From contig NC_086097.1 of the NCBI RefSeq assembly GCF_963921235.1, positions 230,146,001-230,210,000 on the forward strand: a stretch of 64,000 nt of DNA, in the 5' to 3' direction. The position numbers were made by a program, and so were the translations under genes. Below the pieces are notes generated by a model. It ran no database searches. It saw only the letters and a program-made list of their open reading frames with translations, and was not told where the DNA came from. Below, piece after piece: positions 60,343 to 64,000 of the stretch; position 1 is the first letter of the stretch, and each line of letters begins with the position of its first letter. Origin of the DNA: Mobula hypostoma (taxonomy: Eukaryota).

Positions 60343-61275
60343 CCATAAGATATAGAAGCAGAAGTAGGCCTTTCAGCCCATCGAGTCTGCTCCACTATTC
60401 AATCATGGGCTGATCCAATTCTTCCGGTCATCCCCACTCCCCTGCCTACTCCTCATTCCCTTTCATGCTCTGGCTAATCAAGATTCTATCTATTTCTGCC
60501 TTAAGTACACCCAATGACTTGGCCTGCACAGCTGCTCGTGGCAAAAAAATTCCACAGATTTACCAACCTCTGACTAAAGTAATTTCTCCACATCTCTGTT
60601 CTAAATGGAAGTCCTTCAATCCTGAAGTTGTGCCCTCTTGTCCTAGACTCCCCTAGCATGGGAAGTAACTTTGCCAGATCTAATCTGTTCAGGCCTCTTA
60701 ACATTCGGAATGTGTCTATGAGATCCCCCCTCATTCTCCTGAACTCCAGGGAATACAGCCCAAGAGCTGCCAGACAGGATGTGGAAACTATAGAAAGGGT
60801 GTAGAGAAGATTTACAAGGTTGTTGCCTGGATTGGGAGCATGCCTTATGAGAATAGGTTGAGTGACTCGGCCTTTTCCCCTTGGAGCGACGGAGGATGAG
60901 AGGTGACCTGATAGAGGTGTATAAGATGATGAGAGGCATTGATCATGTGGCTAGTCAGAGGCTTTTTCCCAGGGCTGAAATGGCTAACACAAGGGGGCAC
61001 AGTTTTAAGGTGCTGGGAAGTAGGTACAGAGGAGATGTCAGGGGTAAGTTTTTTTATGCAGGGTGGTGAGTGCGTGGAATGGGCAGCTGGCGACAGTGGT
61101 GGAGGCAAATATGATAGGGTCTTTTCAGAGACTCCTGGATAGGTACATGGAGCTTAGAAAAATAAAGGGCTGCACGTAACCCTAGGTAGTTTCTAAAGTA
61201 AGTGCGTGTTTGGTACAGCATTGTGGGCCGAAGGGCCTGTATTGTGCTGTAGGTTTTCTGTTTTCTGTTCTGTTT
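60343..61275. mobile_element. Two abutting, divergently oriented CR1 3' fragments (60343-60775 minus; 60775-61275 plus)
   Basis: RMRGDLI.. is read on each strand; a tail lies at each outer end. Confidence 0.85.
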
Positions 61276-61384
61276 CTAATAACCCTTTCATGTCTCTCTG
61301 TCTCTCTCTCTGTCTCTGTCATTTTTAGCTTTTTTGGCAAATAACTTGAATGTGCAATGCTTTTAAAATGTTTTTTTTCATCTC

Positions 61385-62765
61385 AAGACTATAAGACCAT
61401 AAGACAAAGGAGCAGAAGTCAATCATTTGGCCCATCGAGTCTGCTCCGCCATTTTATCATGAGCTGATCCATTCTCCCATTTAGTCCCACTCCCCCGCCT
61501 TCTCACCATAACCTTTGATGCCCTGGCTATTCAGATACCTATCAATCTCTGCCTTAAATACACTCAATGACTTGGCCTCCACTGCTGCCCGTGGCAACAA
61601 ATTCCATAGATTCACCACCCTCTGACCAAAAAAATTTCTTCGCATCTCTGTTCTGAATGGGCGCCCTTCAATCCTTAAATCATGCCCTCTCGTACTAGAC
61701 TCCCCCATCATGGGAAACAACTTTGCCATATCCACTCTGTCCATGCCTTTCAACATTCAAAATGTTTCTATGAGGTCTCCCCTCATTCTTCTAAACTCCA
61801 AGGAATACAGTCCAAGAGCGGACAAACGTTCCTCATATGTTAACCCTCTCATTCTCGGAATTATTCTAGTGAATCTTCTCTGTACCCTCTCCAACGTCAG
61901 CACACCCTTTCTTAAATAAGGAGACCAAAACTGCCCACAGTACTCCAAGTGAGGTCTCACCAGCGCCTTATAGAGCCTCAACATCACATCTCTGCTCCTA
62001 TACTCTATACCTCTAGAAATGAATGCCAACATTGCATTCGCCTTCTTCACTACTGACTCAACCTGGAGGTTAACTTTAAGGGTATCCTGTACGAGGACTC
62101 CCAAGTTCTGTTGCATCTCAGAACTTCGAATTCTTTCCCCATTTAAATAATACTCTGCCCGTTTATTTTTTCTGCCAAAGTGCATAACCATACACTTTCC
62201 AACATTGTACTTCATTTGCCACTTCTCTGCCCATTCTTCCAATCTATCCAAGTCTCTCTGCAGACTCTCCGTTTCCTCAGCACTACCGACCCCTCCACCT
62301 ATCTTCGCATCGTCAACAAATTTAGCTACAAAGCCATCTATTCCATAATCCAAATCGTTGATGTACAATGTAAGAAGAAGCGGCCCCAACACGGACCCCT
62401 GTGGAACACCACTGGTAACCGGCAGCCAACCAGAATAGGATCCCTTTATTCCCACTCTCTGTTTCCTGCCAATCAGCCAACGCTCTATCCATGTATGTAA
62501 CCTTCCTGTAATTCCATGGGCTCTTATCTTGTTAAGTAGCCTCATGTGTGGCACCTTGTCAAAGGCCTTCTGAAAATCCAAATATACAACATCCACTGCA
62601 TCTCCCTTGTCTAGCCTACTGGTAATTTCCTCAAAAAATTGTAATAGGTTTGTCAGGCAGGATTTTCCTTTAAGGAATCCATGCTGAGTTCTGCCTATCT
62701 TGTCATATGCCTCCAGGTACTCTGCAACCTCATCCTTGACAATCGACTCCAACAACTTCCCACCT
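61385..62765 (-). mobile_element. CR1 RT + 3' end, one frameshift near 61756
   Basis: ORF 61757-62755 with YLDFQKAFDKV, GVPQGSVLGP and KFVDD. Confidence 0.95.
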
Positions 62766-63177
62766 CCAACATCTTCCGGAACTGCGTAATACTATAAGTA
62801 GCTTTTCAGTGTGTCTTTTACTGAAGTGTTCCTGCAATCTTGATGGTTTTAGGGCTTCATCCTTTTTTTTTGGAAGTGCCTGCTCTACTAAAGGTCGGTC
62901 AAGTCTCGCGCCTCAAGTTAGGGTGCCGCTTACCGCCACCCCCCGCAAGAGTCTTGGACGCCTCACCCCCCAACGACTTCTATTTCCCCTCTAATGCACC
63001 CTTAATCACCTCTGTTGTAAATCCCTGCACCAAACCAACCGAATCACGTAAAAATTATTATGTTTCAATCTCACTACTAGCAAACAGAATACAAAATAAA
63101 CTATTGTATCTGAGCCTGTGGATTCACTTTCAAGGACACTTCATCTCACGTTCTCGATATTTATTTCTTATTTATTC

Positions 63178-64000
63178 TGGTCTGAACCAGAAAACCAGGT
63201 ATGATTTGCGGAGGGCTATTTCAAGGGCGAAGAGACAATTTTGAACGAGGTTGGGCGACATCGGATGTACGACAACTCTGGTAGGGTTTGCAAGACATTG
63301 CGTCCTACAAAGTGAAACCCAATAGCATGAATGGCAGTGATGCTTCACTACCAGATAAACTCAATGCCTTCTATGCCTGCTTTGAAAGGGAGAATATGAC
63401 TACAGGTGTGAAGATCCCTGCTGCACCTGATGACCCTGCGATCTCTGTCTCAAAGGCCGATGTTAGGCTGTCTTTAAAGAGTGTGAACCCTTGTAAGGTG
63501 GAAGGTCCTGATCAGGTACCTTGTAAGGCTCTGAAAACCCGTGTCAATCAACTGGCAAGAGTATTCAAGGACGTTTTCAACCTCTCACTGCCACGGGCGG
63601 AATTTCCCACTTGCTTCAAAAAGGCAACAATTATACTAGTGCCAAAGAAGAATAATGTGAGCTGCCTTAATGACTATCGCCTGGTAGCACTCACATCTAC
63701 AGTGATGAAATGCTTTGAGAGGTTGGTCCTGACTAGACTGAACTCATGCCTCAGCAAGGACCTAGACCCATTGCAATTTGCCTATCGCCACAATAGGTCA
63801 ACAGTAGAAGCAATCTCAATGGCTCTTCACACGGCCTTAGACTACCTGGACAATACAAACACTTATGTCAGGATGCCATTCATTGACTATAGCTCAACAT
63901 TTAATACCATCATTCCCACAATCCTGATTGAGAAGTTACAGAACCTGGGCCTCTGTGCCTCCCTCTGCAATTGGATCCTCATCTTTCTAACCAGAAGACC
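63178..64000 (+). mobile_element. Rex1/Babar RT fragment running off the window end
   Basis: Reads RYDLRRAISRAKRQ, CLNDYRLVALTSTVMKCFERLV and FIDYSSTFNTI. Confidence 0.9.

Noticed and set aside
62766..63177. GC-richer segment with a 134-aa ORF
   Set aside because: Probably a mosaic of decayed Rex1 pieces (SLLAN motif, 3'UTR-like part) running into the Rex1 fragment; not supportable as a gene.

Overview
This is vertebrate nuclear DNA made up mostly of transposable elements. The repeat mix (CR1 LINEs with (TTCTATG)n-type tails, Rex1/Babar LINEs, Penelope-like elements, V-SINE-like SINEs) suggests a cartilaginous fish, which is my inference. No host gene is recognisable apart from one possible terminal exon near 5.7 kb. 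The largest elements are: a decayed but complete Gypsy LTR retrotransposon (20380-25156, minus, ATAAG target-site duplication (TSD), inserted in a Penelope element); a young CR1 with an open 1010-codon ORF2 nested inside two other CR1 copies (13.8-18.6 kb); a Rex1 LINE; and a Tc1 transposon interrupted by a solo LTR. The most interesting signals are: (1) the Gypsy element has no tRNA primer-binding site (PBS), and instead carries a leader complementary to its own LTR poly(A)-signal region, plus a YLDN RT motif and an extra leader/LTR-end module; (2) minimal hammerhead ribozymes in the Penelope 3' ends; (3) a correctly phased U_UUA_AAC -1 slippery site joining CR1 ORF1 to an ORF2 that has no upstream ATG. 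Boundaries of decayed repeats are approximate and read by eye.
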